A stretch of DNA of 64,000 nucleotides from Malacoraja senta (GCA_038087875.1 CM075989.1:21330001-21394000), one strand, 5' to 3'. Counted from the stretch's first letter, positions 1 to 12,392 are shown. Translations and numbers: made by a program. Notes: generated from the letters alone by a model not told the origin.

Positions 1-205
1 GGTGCTCCGATTTCCTCCCACATCCCACAGATGTGCAGATTTATAGGTTAATTGGGCCTCAATAAAATTACCCCTAATGTGTATTGAGTGCATGAGACAG
101 TGGGATAATATAGAGTGAATGTGAACGGGTGGTTGATGGTCAGTATGGACTCGGTGGGCCAAAGGGCCTGTATCCATGCTGTATCTCTACATTAAAATAA
201 ACTAA
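1..205 (+). mobile_element. V-SINE (HE1-like) 3' half
   Basis: V-domain tttcctcccacatccc..., then tail ggactcggtgggccaaagggcctgt...ctgtatctcta. Confidence 0.75.
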
Positions 206-498
206 AGTAACAGCTTCATTTCTCAACCTTTTTAGCTGTACACATCAGTGTCCACTTTCCCTTTTAGATTTGTTTTTACAATCCTTTCTTCTAATACTTA
301 AATGTATTGATAATTCATGGGGTTGCATATCAAAAGGCAACTTAATTGAAAAGTTCTGCAATCGATAATTTTGCTCATTTATATGCAAAATAGTATTATA
401 TTTCTATGAGAATAATAATAGATAATTTTCTCAATAATGAGAAAAAAATTATAACCCTGAATGAGTTTTTTCCATGAAGATAAAACAGAATGCTACAA

Positions 499-646
499 GG
501 TAGACACAAAATGCTGGAGTAACTCAGCGGGACAGGCAGCATCTCTGGAGGAAAGGAATGGGTGACGTATTGGGTCACCAGCATTTTGTCCAGCATTTTG
601 TGTCTATCTTTGGTTTAAAATAGCGTCTGTAGTTCCTTCCTACACT
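499..646. mobile_element. Fold-back Penelope-tail short element
   Basis: Minus arm then plus arm of the PLE tail repeat; TSD gaatgctacaa at 488-498 and 647-657. Confidence 0.7.
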
Positions 647-1099
647 GAATGCTACAAAGGTTCTCTGCTCTTTATGAATGAATGAATGAATAAGTTTATT
701 GGCCAAGTATTCACATACAAGGAATTTTCCTTGGTGCTCTGCCCTCAAGTGACAACATGATAAACAGTGACAGTTAGGAATGACACAAAAAACATTAAAC
801 ATTAATAATAATTATGAAGACACACTATAGTAGCAAACTGGTTTAAATCTCAAGCAGAATCATGGAAGGCTGTACTCTACCAGCATTGTATAATGAGCTA
901 CCAATTAAACTTGCACCATCTAGTCACAGGAAACTCCTCAGCAAAGAGCAAGATTCATCTGCAGGAAGTGTTTCTGTCCATGGGGTTTGATGCACTAAGG
1001 GCGAGGAAGGACAAGTTCATCAAAGGTATCTCTTCCTTCCTGCTTGTGACTGATTACTCCTGATGTATTTTTGGATCGCGGATAGTTAGGTCGATAACA

Positions 1100-1462
1100 G
1101 CCACACAAAAAAAATGCAGGAGTAACTCAGCAGGACAGGCAGCATCTCTGGAGAGAAGGAATAGGTGACGTTTCGGGTCGAGACCCTTCTTCGGACTGAG
1201 AGTCAGGGGGGAGGGAAACAAGAGATTTCGATGGCGATGTAGAGAGGTGTAGAACAAATGGAAGAAAGATGTGCAACAAAAATAAAACAATGATCAAGGA
1301 AACGGTCCATTGTTAACTAAAACGAGTTCCAGCCAATGAGACTCATCAACATGACATTGAAACTGGCATAATGATTAGGGAGGGGGAGGGACAGAGAGGG
1401 AGGGGATGCAAGGGCTATTTGAAGTTAGAGAAATCACAATTCATACCGCTGGGTTGTAAGCT
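1100..1462 (-). mobile_element. Penelope-like element 3' end with degenerate hammerhead motif
   Basis: Reverse complement carries the ORF end agcttacaacccagcggtatgaa...ttctctaacttcaaatag (as at 58944-58990) and the hammerhead tail at 1167-1194. Confidence 0.7.
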
Positions 1463-1711
1463 CAATGTATAAGACACTTTGGTTTCAAGGTATAAGATCT
1501 TTACCCAGGGCCTGACTTCATCCAGAGATCACCCAGTGAATATAGACACAAAATGCAGGAGTAACTCAGTGGGACAGGCAGCATCTCTGGAGAGAAGGAA
1601 TGGGTGACGTTTCGAGTCGAGACCCTTCTTCAGACTTCACCCAATGAGGCTCCAATATCATCGATATGAATAAATTTGGACAAAATCCCCTCAACCATTG
1701 GAGCTCACTGG

Positions 1712-2554
1712 ATTTGATTTGATTTGATTCAATTTTATTGTCATTGTCCATAGTGCAAGTACTGAGACAACAAAATGCTTTTTTCCCATACAGCCATACG
1801 AATAAAATAAATAAATAAAAGCACAGAACACGTTATCAAAGTTGAACAGCGGTATCAAAGTTTCCCACTGTGAGGGAAGGCACCAAAGTTCAGTCAACCT
1901 CCACGTTGATGTTCTTTGATGCTCTTTGATGTTCACCCGTGGTCGGGGCCTCCCGAGCCCCCCGCAGTCACTGCTATGGGCGGCCCGATGTTCAGGCCCT
2001 CTCGCCGGGATGATGGAACTCCGACGTCAGAACGGAAGAACAACCTCAGCGGCTTGGACCTCCGAATCGGACACTTCCTACCTGAGTCCGCGGCTCCCGA
2101 AGTCTACAGGCCGAGCTGGGCGGAGATTCAACGCTGGCGGCCCTCGGCAAAGGGTCCAAGGACTCCGCGCTGGGAGCTCTGCAAACCACAGCTCCGCGAT
2201 GTTGATGCAGCAGGTCCAACACTACGGAACTTCAAACGGCGATCCCAGGTGAGGCATCGCCCGCTCCGCGATGTATCCAGTGCTGCGCCGCCGCTGCTGA
2301 AGCTCTGGTCCGCTCCCCAGGCAGGAAAGGCCACGCCAATCCAGTTGGTAGGCCGCGAGGAGGGGGGGCGAGGGCGCGACTCGGAGAATAGTCGCATCCT
2401 CGCCAGGAAGTGACTGAAAAACGGTTTCCCCCTTACCTTACCCTCCTCCCCCACATAAGATACTGAAAAAAATCCTCCAAAACATAATTTAAACAAACTA
2501 AAAATAAAAAAAGATAGAAAAACAAACAGACTGTAGGCAGAGGCAGCCATCTTG
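1712..2554 (-). mobile_element. GC-rich non-autonomous retroelement with L2/Rex1-like tail
   Basis: Minus strand begins caagatggctgcc, has a CpG-rich body and ends gacaataaaattgaatcaaatcaaatc; modules shared with 35635-36305. Confidence 0.55.
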
Positions 2555-2819
2555 CAGCCCCCTGGATGTACAAAATGCTACAAAAGCACGGATAAAGGGT
2601 ACATTGGAATGCCCACATTTCCAAGCGGGGCAACGTGGTCCCATGTGAATGAGAGCATTTCACCGCGCTGGCTTTAGCCTGCTCAAGACCGGTGGACTTG
2701 AAATGGTAATGAAGAGATCTACAAAGCTGCAATAGGCCATTGGAAATGTGAACACTCCAGTCAGTGTAGGATAAGATTGTGGAGGTCAGGACATCGTGAC
2801 ACCGCTCCCAGCAGCCATG

Positions 2820-3505
2820 AGGCAGCTCTGTAGGACTTTGGTCAGACCGCATATGCAGCATTGCGTGCAGTTCTGGTCGCCCCTGTTACAGGAAAGATGT
2901 GGAGGCTTTGGAGAGGCTGCAGAGGAAGTTTACCAGAAATAGACTCAAGCTGCTGGATAACTCAGCGATTCAGGCAACATCTCCGGAGACAAAGGACAGG
3001 TTGAGACATCAGCATCTGCAGATCTTAGTTTCTACATTGAGGTTTACCAGAAAGCTGCCCGGATTAGAGGGCTTCAGCTACAGGGAGAGGATGGAGAGAC
3101 TTGGATTGTTTTCTCTGCAACATCAGAGGTGGAGGGGAGATTTGATAGATTAATATAAAATAATGAGAGGCATAGATAGGGTAGACAGTCAGAACCTTTT
3201 CCCCATGATGGGAATGTCCAACACTAGAGGGCGCAGCTATAAGGTGAGAGCGGGAGGGTTTAATGGAGATTTGCGGGGCAAGTTTCATACACAGAGAGTG
3301 TTGGGTGCCTGGAACACATTGCCAGGGGTGGTGGTGGAGGCAGATACGATAGTGGTGTTTAAGAGGCTTTTGGACAGGCACATGGAAGTGCAGGGAATAG
3401 AGGGATATGGATCATGTACAGGCGGACAAGATCAGTTTAACTTAGCAGCATGTTCGGCACAAACATTGTGGGCCGAAGGGCCTGTTCCTGTGCTGTACTG
3501 TTCTA
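2820..3505 (+). mobile_element. CR1/HER1 LINE 3' fragment (RT C-terminus and 3' UTR), interrupted at 2940-3041
   Basis: Translations LERLQRKFTR, YRERMERLGLFSL, HTQRVLGAWNTLP; tail gggccgaagggcctgt. Confidence 0.85.
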
Positions 3506-4135
3506 TGATCTGTCTTCATGCAGCACACATTTACACCTCATTGCTGGCTATATTTGTGTACACTTTGTAGTTAGTTAAATAAAGCACCAACTCCAAAGGG
3601 AACAGTCACGACATAATTATTTTCCAATTGATTGAATTGCATAAGTTATATGGAACACTGATAGAGCAGAATGAGGAAATATTGTTTAACGCATTAGCCT
3701 AAGGTAAGGAGTTGGTGCTTAACATTCTATGACATAAGGATGTAAATCTGTTGGAAATTCTCCGATGAAACTTGTTCTTAACTGCCAGGTGATTTACTGT
3801 GCCTTTGTAAGCATAATTCTCTTATGTTTCTGAACAGAAGCACAATGCACCTAATACCCTCGGCCAATTAGAATTTTAATGTTTAGCTGTGGTCTCTTCC
3901 TAAAAACGTATTACCAAATGAAGTCCTTAAAAACCACTGCTGCGGGCTTTTACCAATTATGGCATTAAATAAAATCTGCACCATAATTATTCCGACAAAG
4001 TATGAATTTAACTTAATCCTTTCTTTCCTAATGTATGAAATCATTTCTGCAAGCTATCGATCATGATGTGGCAATGAAAGGCATGTCTCAGTAAGGCTAG
4101 GACGTGATCTAATAATTGCAAACTAGAGCAAACTT

Positions 4136-4447
4136 GGGGCGCAGCGGTAGAGCTGCAGCCTCACAGCGCCAGAGACGCGGGTTCGATTCTGACCATGGGT
4201 GGTGTCTGTACGGAGTTTGTACGTTCTCCCCGTGACCACTGTGGGTTTTCTCTCCGAGATCTTCGGTTTCCTCCCACACGCCAAAGACGTACAAGTTTGC
4301 AGGTTAATCGGCTCGGTACAAATGTACAATTGTCCCTAGTGTGGGCAAGGTAGTTTTAATGTGCGGGGATCGCTGGTCGGCGCGGACTCGGTGGGACGAA
4401 GGGCTTGTTTCCGCGCTGTATCTCTAGACTAAACTAGACTAAACTAG
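4136..4447 (+). mobile_element. HE1-like V-SINE
   Basis: tRNA-like head (gcgcagcggtagag, B-box gggttcgattc), V-domain, CR1-like tail, ctaaa-type repeats. Confidence 0.85.
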
Positions 4448-4470
4448 AACTACAGCAAGTAAAAACTAAA

Positions 4471-4566
4471 AGGTACACAAAAATGCTGGAGAAACTCAGC
4501 GGGTGCAGCAGCATCTATGGAGCGAAGGAAATAGGCAACGTTTCGGGCCGAACCCCTTCTTCAGAC
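4471..4566 (-). mobile_element. Penelope-tail short element (variant B) with hammerhead motif
   Basis: aacgtttcgggccgaaccccttcttcagac; TSD gtaaaaactaaa at 4459-4470 and 4567-4578. Confidence 0.7.
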
Positions 4567-5823
4567 GTAAAAACTAAACTAAAATTAAACTAAACTAAAG
4601 ATCAGCAGAATCGAACTTTCGACAACTTTTCTCAACTATAATTTATGAGAACCCCAGTTTTTGAGATGGGCGCACTGTGACAAACTGTTTTTTGTAAAGT
4701 TTCAGATGTTAAATTTTAGCCCCAGCAGAGCATGGGAAATGCATGCTGACCACCAATGATAAGATTTGTATCATGTTTCGTGAACTCCAACAGTTGCTTT
4801 GTATTGCAGCAGGCAAGTTGAGGATTTATACTTGTGAAGTTAAGGATCAAATCCTTCCACGAGGCTTTGACCCGCGGAGGTTATCAATTCCACACCCTAT
4901 TTTTTCCTCTTTCTCTGCAGAGCCAATTGTTTGCCAATCTGAAATTCTTTGCTTGAATTGTGAGAATTTGGTTCGGATCAGGTAACGACAGCCCAGGATG
5001 TGCTTTGCAGCCTTTGACAATTTGTCTCTTTTATTCTGTTGACAATATTTGCTGAATATAATATTCTGAAGCCTGTGAACTGTGAATAGAATCTGATAAC
5101 TGTAAAATATGACCCAAGCAAGGGAAGGAAAAGGAACTCGCGATGGAGCATTGTTTTGCCCGTTTGAAATAAATGAAGCAGAACGGAAACAAGATTTGGA
5201 TATCCAATTAATTAATTACCTCAGGTTAAAAGGAGTTGACCCTTGGAGTTGAACTGGTAACAATAACAAGCCACATTATTGCACACACACAATGGTTGCA
5301 CAATCTAACTTTTTTTGCTTCTTGAGCAAAACTTACAGGGTGGGGGGGGGGTCTCATAAATTATAGTTCCCAGAAGCTGAGCAAGGTTTCAGACTGCAAT
5401 CTTATTCAACCCTGGGCAACCAACACTAGCGAGAAACAGTCAATTGTTCCAACGCGGGGTTTTACTTGCAGAAGGGTTTTTCCAAGAGTTTTCAGGAAAC
5501 AGGACCCCTCACTGAAAACTATTTATCTTATTCCGCCTTGCCAGAACATTAAAAGGGAATGTGAATTTCAGCTGGGCTCAACCTCACCATGGAGCATGTT
5601 TCAGAATTAGAGTAAAGGGGTATGAATAAATTTGAAAGAATTTTATTTTTTTCCATTTATTTAAAAATACATAATTGTATTCAAGTATTTAAATAAGGTC
5701 ATAAGGTCATAAGGGAAAGGAGTAGGATTAGGCCATTCAGCCCAATCAAGACAACTCCGCCTATCTCGCCTTCCTAACCCCATTCTCCTGCCTTCTCCCC
5801 ATAACCTCTGACACCCGTACTTA

Positions 5824-6143
5824 TAGCCCTGTCCCACGGTACGAGTTCATTCCAAGAGCTCTCCCGAGTTTGCCCTGATTCGAACTCGGAGATTTACGGC
5901 AAAGGCCGCTCGTCGGTACTCGGGGCTCTCGTGGGCATTTTTCATCATGTTGAAAAATCTTCACGAGTCTTCCCGTGCTTACCTGCCGTTAGCGAGTCTT
6001 CCCGAGTACCTGCCGTTAGCGCTAAGAGACGTCCCCGAGCTCCGACGTACCCGCTACGTTCATTCTCCGTGCTTACCACGAGTTTGATTTTTTTTAAACT
6101 CGGGAGAGCTCTTGGAATGAACTCGTACCATGGGACAGGGCTT
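5824..6143. mobile_element. PIF/Harbinger-type MITE
   Basis: About 48-bp TIR (tagccctgtcccacggtacgagttcattccaagagctctcccgagttt); TTA/TAA flanks; splits a minus-strand CR1 fragment (5695-6285). Confidence 0.8.
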
Positions 6144-6368
6144 TAACCAAGAATCTATCTATCTCCGCCTTAAAAATATCCACTGACTTGGCCTCCAGAG
6201 TCTTCTGTGGCAAAGAATTCCACAGATTCACCACCCTCTGACTAAAGATGTTTCTCCTTCCTAAAAGAACGTCCTTTAATTTGAGGGTGCAGCGTTAATT
6301 GCAGCATAGGTGTCTCCCCTTTAAGGATAACGTTCATCTGTGTTACATGAAACTGGTAAACTCTGGAA

Positions 6369-6581
6369 AAATGTGCAGGAAGGAACTGCAGATGCTGGTT
6401 TGTATCGAAGATAGACACAACATGCTGGAGTAACTCAGCGGATCAGGCAGCATCTCTGGAGAAAAGGAGTAGATGATGTTTTGGGTCGAGACCCTTCTTT
6501 AGACCTGTGTAGGAAATGTCACCTGTTTCTTTCCCCCAGAGATGCTGCCTGACCTGTTGAGTTACTCCTGCATTTTGTGTC
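6369..6581. mobile_element. Fold-back Penelope-tail short element
   Basis: Inverted arms; TSD taaactctggaa at 6357-6368 and 6582-6593. Confidence 0.7.
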
Positions 6582-6689
6582 TAAACTCTGGAAGAATTCA
6601 AGTCAGTCAGCATCCATAGAGAAATATGTGTTTAATGTTATTCTTCACTCTTCAGAAGTGGAAAAGGTTTCATGGAATAGCTGGATTAA

Positions 6690-6885
6690 ACCAAATACAA
6701 GACACGGGAGCTAGTTTGTGACTTCAGGAAGCGTGATGGAATACATGCCCCAATCAGCATTGATGGAGCGTAAATGGGTGAAAGCTTCAAGTTCCTTGGT
6801 TTAATATTACCAATGATCTGTCGTGGACCAACCACATTGATGCGACAGCCAAGAAGGCTCTACTCTCTGAAGAGACTGAGAAAAA
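6690..6885 (+). mobile_element. Degenerate Rex1/L2 RT fragment
   Basis: Frameshifted ESFKFLG...NDLSW...RLYSLKRLRK motifs. Confidence 0.6.
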
Positions 6886-6967
6886 ATCATCCCTCTGAAG
6901 TGGATAATCTCACCCTTCGCCACATTGTCCCTCATCTGCCAACTTCTTGCCCACTCACTTAGTCATG

Positions 6968-7305
6968 GTGTCACGGTAGCGCAGCGGTAGAGTTGCTGCC
7001 TTCACAACAAATGCAGCACTGGAGACCCGGGTTCGATCCCGATTACGGGTGCTTGTCTGTACAGAGTTTGCACGTTCTCCCCGTGACCTGCGTGGGTTTT
7101 CTCCGAGATCTTCGCTTTCCTCCCACACTCTAAATACGTGCAGGTTTGTAGGTTAATTGGCTTGGCAAATGTAAAATTAAAAAATAATTTAAAAAATTGT
7201 CCCCAGTGGGTGTAGGATAGTGTTAGTGTACGGGGATCGCTGGTCGGCGCGGACCCGGTGGGCCGAAGGGCCTGTTTCCGCGCTGTATCTCTAAACTAAA
7301 CTAAA
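6968..7305 (+). mobile_element. HE1-like V-SINE
   Basis: Full head, V-domain and tail; diagnostic ttcacaacaaatgcagc variant. Confidence 0.85.
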
Positions 7306-7530
7306 CCCACCTTCCCCCTGTGTCCTACTAACCCAGTTATCTACTGTATGCAAGGTCAATAATGGGTCCATCAACATCTGCTCCGTAATAGCAAAAGTGG
7401 TGAATAAAGGCCCATCTTTAGCTGTAGAAGTTAAACAAGTTATTTATTTCCAGCTTTGTCTGTTTTCATTTCAGATTTACAATTTTACCCATTCTTTTCT
7501 TTATATCTTTGAATCATTTGCCAGGTTACA

Positions 7531-7819
7531 GGGCGGCACGGTGGCGCTGGGGTAGAGCTACTGTCTTACAGCGTCAGGGACACGAGTTCGATCCCGACTA
7601 AGGGTGCTGTCTGTACGTTGTACGTTCTCCCCGTGACCTGCATGGGTTTCTTCAAGATCTTCGGTTTCCTCCCACACTCCAAAGGTTTGTAGGTTCATTG
7701 GCATAAAAGTAAAAAACCTGTCCCTAGTGTGTGTAGGGTAGTGTGAATGTGCGGGGATCGCTGGTCGGTGTGGACTCGGTGGGGCAAAGGGCCTGTTTCC
7801 TCGCTGTATTTCTAAACTA
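7531..7819 (+). mobile_element. HE1-like V-SINE
   Basis: gggcggcacggtggcg head, V-domain, tail. Confidence 0.85.
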
Positions 7820-8279
7820 CCTCCCGCATTCTTATAAAAGGCAGGGGATGTCCATTTGTGGATTCAGCTGTCTTCTATGAATGCATTTGTTTTCCTTAGT
7901 GTTCGACACATAAGCTGTTTCCTTTCACGTGATCAAGGCTCACTTGCCCAAATCCCTCATCTTCATCATCTCAGTTAAAGCCATCTTTGAAGTTTTCTGG
8001 ATCATCCCAGGCCTTTCTGGGAAGTTAACAAAAACACAGAGGTCTCATGAGTCCTAACACTCCTTTCCTAATCATGGCGACAGTGGTGATTTCCGTTTTG
8101 CCTGGTGATAGGCAGGATCAGGTGCCTTCTCATATATAACAGGAACGGTTAAACCCACGTTCTTTCAACATCCATCACTCACGACAGGATGCGGATATTT
8201 CTGGCACTTATTCCAGCCTCAATCAACAATTTCTTTGTTTTATGCCAACTCTGTTGGAACTGTCTTTCTGAAGTCATCC

Positions 8280-8785
8280 AGAACGATGTGCCATTCTACA
8301 TTTCCTTGAGCATCGTCCCCTTTGATCTGTTTTTTCACACCTTACCCTTCCATATCTCTATCTCTCCCTCTCCCCTGATACTCAGTCTGAAGAAGGGTCT
8401 TGACCCGAAACGTCACCCAATCCTTCTCTCCAGAGTTCTATAGTTTGTTGTTATTATAGTGTCGGTCTATACTATGTACCAATATGCTTGCATCTAGCCC
8501 TTTCTTTAACTAACATTCTATCTATTTCACAGCTAACAATGAACCATTCCCTTGATCATCTTTATATTTACACATATTTTTCATTCATTTGTTATATATC
8601 TCTTATCTCTTAATATCACTGGCTATATCTCTTGTTTCACTTTCCTCTGACTCCTTGTCTAAAGAAGGGTCTCGACCCAAAACGTCACCCGTTCCTTCTC
8701 TCCAGAGATGCTGCCTGACCCGCTGAGTTACTCCAGCATTTTGTGTCTCTCTTCGGTGTAAACCAGCATCTGCGGTTCCTTCCTA
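8280..8785 (+). mobile_element. Tandem Penelope 3'-tail copies with hammerhead motifs (8387-8414 intact; about 8659 degenerate)
   Basis: ctgaagaagggtcttgacccgaaacgtc, then a second copy about 270 bp downstream. Confidence 0.7.
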
Positions 8786-9099
8786 AAGAAGGCATTTGGT
8801 GTGCTCACCTTCATTGATCGGGTCATTGACTACAAGCATCAACAATCATGTTGATTGGAATTATTCAGGACTTCCCCAACTTCTCTGACTTCAAGTAACC
8901 CTTGCATCCCCTCTCTGTCTATTCCCTCCCCCACACTAGTTGTCATACTAGTTTCACTGTCGTACTGTTGAGTTTTACCGTCTACATAACTCATTATCAC
9001 TGACCCCTCCCCCACAGTCAACAATGGACCATTGTGGGCTCCACGTTTCCTTGACCGCCGTTGCTTTTTGCATATGATTAGGCTGCATTTTGGGCTATT

Positions 9100-9430
9100 G
9101 TGTCGGAAGGAACTGCAGATGCTGGTTTTCACTGACGATAGAAACAAAAAGCTGGAGTAACTCAGCGGGACAGGCAGCGTCTCTGGAGAAAAGGAATAGG
9201 TGACATTTCAGGTCGAGACCTTTCTTCAGACTGACAGTCAGGGGAGAGGGAAATGAGAGGTATGGAAGCTACATAGAACAAATGAATGAAACAATGCAAA
9301 AAGCAACGTTGACCAAGGAAAGGTGGAGCCCGCAATGAGCCAGGGTGGGGGTGGGACGGAGAGAGAGAGGGGAAGCAAGTGTTACTTGAAGTTAGAGAAA
9401 TCAATATTCATACCGCTGGGTTATAAACTG
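9100..9430 (-). mobile_element. Penelope-like element 3' end
   Basis: Reverse complement of the GIY-YIG end (cccagcggtatgaatattgatttctctaacttcaagtaa) plus hammerhead tail. Confidence 0.7.
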
Positions 9431-9664
9431 GGGCAGTTTGGCCAAGTGGGAATTGGCAGGTTCTTGATTAGTGCGGGTGTCAAAAGATTATGGGGAGAAG
9501 GCAGGAGAATGGGGTTGAGAGGGAAAGATAGATCAGCCATGATGAAATGGTGGAGTAGACTTGCTGGGCCGAATGGCCTAATTCTGCTACTATGACTTAT
9601 GAAACGCCACCTATCCATTCTATCCACAGTGATGCTGCCTGACCGGCTGAGTCACTCCAGCACT

Positions 9665-9905
9665 AGGTGCACAGAATCTTTTACCCAGAGTGGGGGAATC
9701 AAGGATCAGAGGACATAGGTTCAAGGTGAAGGGGAAAAGATTTAACAGGAATCTGAGGGGTAACCTTTTCACACAAAGGGTGGTGGGTGTATGGAACAAG
9801 CTGCCAGAGAAGATAGTTGAGGCTGGGACTATCCCAATGTTTAAGAAACAGTTAAACTGGTACATGGGATAGGACAGGTTTTGGAGGGATATGGACCAAA
9901 GGCAG
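9665..9905 (+). mobile_element. CR1/HER1 3' fragment
   Basis: GESRIRGHRFKV...FTQRVVGVWNKLP. Confidence 0.8.
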
Positions 9906-9909
9906 GCAG

Positions 9910-10440
9910 TTTTAGAGATACAACGAGAAAACAGGACCTTCGGCCCACCGAGTCCACACCGATCAGCGATCCCCGCACATTAACACTATCCTACACACAC
10001 TAGGGAAAATTTACATATACACCAAGCCAATTAACCTACAATCCTGTACGTCTTTGAAGTGTGGGAGGAAACCGAAGATCTCTGAGAAAACCCAGTGTTT
10101 AAGAAGGAACTGCAGATGCTGGAAAATCAAAGGTAGACAAAAATACTGGAGAAACTCAGCGGGTGCAGCAGCATCTATGGAGCGAAGGAAATAGGCAACG
10201 TTTCGGGCCGAAACCCTTCTTCAGAAGCACGAAAAGTTGCCTATTTCCTTCGCTCCATAGATGCTGCTGCACCCGCTGAGTTTCTCCAGCATTTTTGTCT
10301 ACCTCTGAGAAAACCCATGTGGCCATGGAGAGAACGTACAAACTCCGTACAGACGGCAACCGTAGTTGGGATCGAACCCGGGTCTCCGGCGCTGCGAACG
10401 CTGTAAGGCAGCAACTCGACCGCTGCGCCACCGTGCCGCC
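9910..10440 (-). mobile_element. HE1-like V-SINE interrupted by a fold-back element
   Basis: Reverse complement of the SINE; insertion at 10095-10302. Confidence 0.8.
10095..10302. mobile_element. Fold-back Penelope-tail element (variant B) with hammerhead motif
   Basis: Near-perfect inverted arms; 15-bp TSD ctctgagaaaaccca at 10080-10094 and 10303-10317. Confidence 0.8.
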
Positions 10441-11361
10441 CTGTGGCTGGGACAAGTTGGCCGGTGCGGACAAGTTGGGCCGAAGGGCCTGTTTCAAGGC
10501 TGTATCACTCCATGACTTTGTGTTGACCAAGAGTTAACTTGGCAGGCTGCCGTCAGGTCAGGGCTGATCAATTTTTGACTTAAGCGGTCATTTAATCTGC
10601 CTGACTCTGTTCTGCGAGGGGGGGGGGGGGTTGCGTTAAGGCAGCGTGCCGTGGAGCCCAGCCAAGTGTGTGAGCGTACCCACCAAGAAGGCCCGTTCTG
10701 CAGCCCATCATTCTTTCTGCCCTTTCACAAAGAATATCAAGCGTGCAGTGTGGTTGTCAAGTCGTTCTGCTGGAATTATAGTGGTCACAAATCAATACGC
10801 AAAATCCCAACTTGACTCAATCCTTGTCCAGAAAGGTATCCGTTTCCATAAGGTCTCACATCTTACACCCCCCCCCCCCCCCACCACCCTTTGAAGTTAC
10901 GTATAAATTGTTGTCGTTCTCAGTCATAAGACTACATTCGAGAAATCTTTATCTTTCCCCAGAGCTTAAGGTTCTTTGGAGTCGGGTAGGCACACCCTTC
11001 CAACAAGTGTTCATGCTGCATTTTAAATTATGGTGTTAGTGATCATTACCACATTAGCCACAAATTATTGTCAACATACATATGGGAAAATGCCTATTGA
11101 AGCCAAGTTAGGGGAGTGAATCCATCTTTTTCATGGGCAACGTAATCTTTTAATCAGCAATCTCTTTATAACATTTACAAGTTCTGCGAACCTTGAAACC
11201 TCTTTGAAGTGGTCAGACTTTAACCCCTTCAAATTGTACATTCAAACTGCTGGAGGAAGATAGGACATATACAACGGTACAGCAGCAGGAACAGGCCCTT
11301 CGGCCCACAATGTCTGTGCTGAAGACCAAATCTTTTGTTCTTGTGTCGAGTGGGAAAGATA

Positions 11362-11547
11362 GGTTCAAGAAGAAACTGCAGAGGCTGGAGAATCGAAGGT
11401 AGACAAAAATGCTGGGGAAACTCAGCGGGTGCGGCAGCATCTATGGAGCGAAGGAAATAGGCAACGTTTCGGGCCGAAACGTTGCCTATTTCCTTCGCTC
11501 CATAGATGCTGCCGCACCCGCTGAGTTTCTCCAGCATTTTTTGTCTA
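11362..11547. mobile_element. Fold-back Penelope-tail element (variant B)
   Basis: Palindrome centred on gtttcgggccgaaac; TSD agtg(g/t)gaaagata at 11349-11361 and 11548-11560. Confidence 0.75.
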
Positions 11548-11561
11548 AGTGTGAAAGATAC

Positions 11562-11828
11562 ATCTTCTAGATGCGCAGGGACCCAATCCTCACTGATGTG
11601 ACCCTGGGGTCACCGGGTGTTTCGGGTCTCACAACATCAGACACCCTCGCCCAGGCGACCCAGCCGGGGTTGATCAGGCCCCGACTTGCATCCCAGCAGC
11701 AACCGCCCACGGATCAGCCCTCTTTATCCAAAGCCACCTAGTGGCTTTCTCTGCGGCTTCGCTTGCGGATTGAATGGCCCTCTTCTTTGCCAGCCCCGTA
11801 ATGCCCAACTGGTTGAGGGCTTTGCAGA
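11562..11828 (-). mobile_element. R2-Hero (HERO) non-LTR retrotransposon 3' end
   Basis: 11826-11674 translates CKALNQLGITGLAKKRAIQSASEAAEKATRWLWIKRADPWAVAAGMQVGA*; Hero-like 3' UTR gggtcgcctgggcgagggtgtctgatg...gacccgaaacaccc. Confidence 0.7.
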
Positions 11829-11932
11829 AGTTAAAAAGTAATGTATTTGATTACGATCATGATACAAAACCAAACCGTGGTAACACATCCCCCCCACCAT
11901 AGTACAAAATCCCCAAACTATCAAAATGTTAT

Positions 11933-12334
11933 CTTAGAGAAACATGTAAGGATCTTATAAATTTATAAAAGGACTGGACAAGCTAGATGCAGGAAAAATG
12001 TTCCCAATGTTGGGCGAGTCCTGAACCAGGGGCCACAGTCTTAGAATAAAGGGGAGGTCATTTAAAAGTGAGGTGAGAAAAAACCTTTTCACCCAGAGAG
12101 TTGTGAATTTATGGAATTCCTTGCCACAGAGGGCAGTGGAGGCCAAGTCACTGGATGGATTTAAGAGAGAGTTAGATAGAGCTCTAGGGGCTAGTGGAGT
12201 CAAGGGATATGGGGAGAAGGCAGGCACGGGTTATTTATTGATAGGGGACGATCAGCCATGATCACATTGAATGGCGGTGCTGGCTCGAAGGGCCGAATGG
12301 CCTCCTCCTGAACCTATTTTCTATGTTTCTATGT
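11933..12334 (+). mobile_element. CR1/HER1 3' fragment
   Basis: FTQRVVNLWNSLPQRAVEA; tail ttctatgtttctatg. Confidence 0.85.
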
Positions 12335-12392
12335 TCCCAAACAACTCTGTTACAATCATTACAAATATATTAAGTAACTACTATACAACGAT

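Noticed and set aside
4136..4210. tRNA-like sequences with A and B boxes (about 30 copies)
   Set aside because: They are heads of HE1-like SINEs, followed by the V-domain and CR1-like tail, not tRNA genes.
10095..10302. Fold-back elements as miRNA precursors or DNA MITEs
   Set aside because: Arms derive from the PLE tail, ends are asymmetric and TSDs vary from 11 to 15 bp, which fits retrotransposition better.
11610..11650. CTGATG...GAAAC in the Hero 3' UTR (minus strand) as a hammerhead
   Set aside because: The core reads CUGAUGU rather than CUGANGA, with no proper helix II or NUH site.
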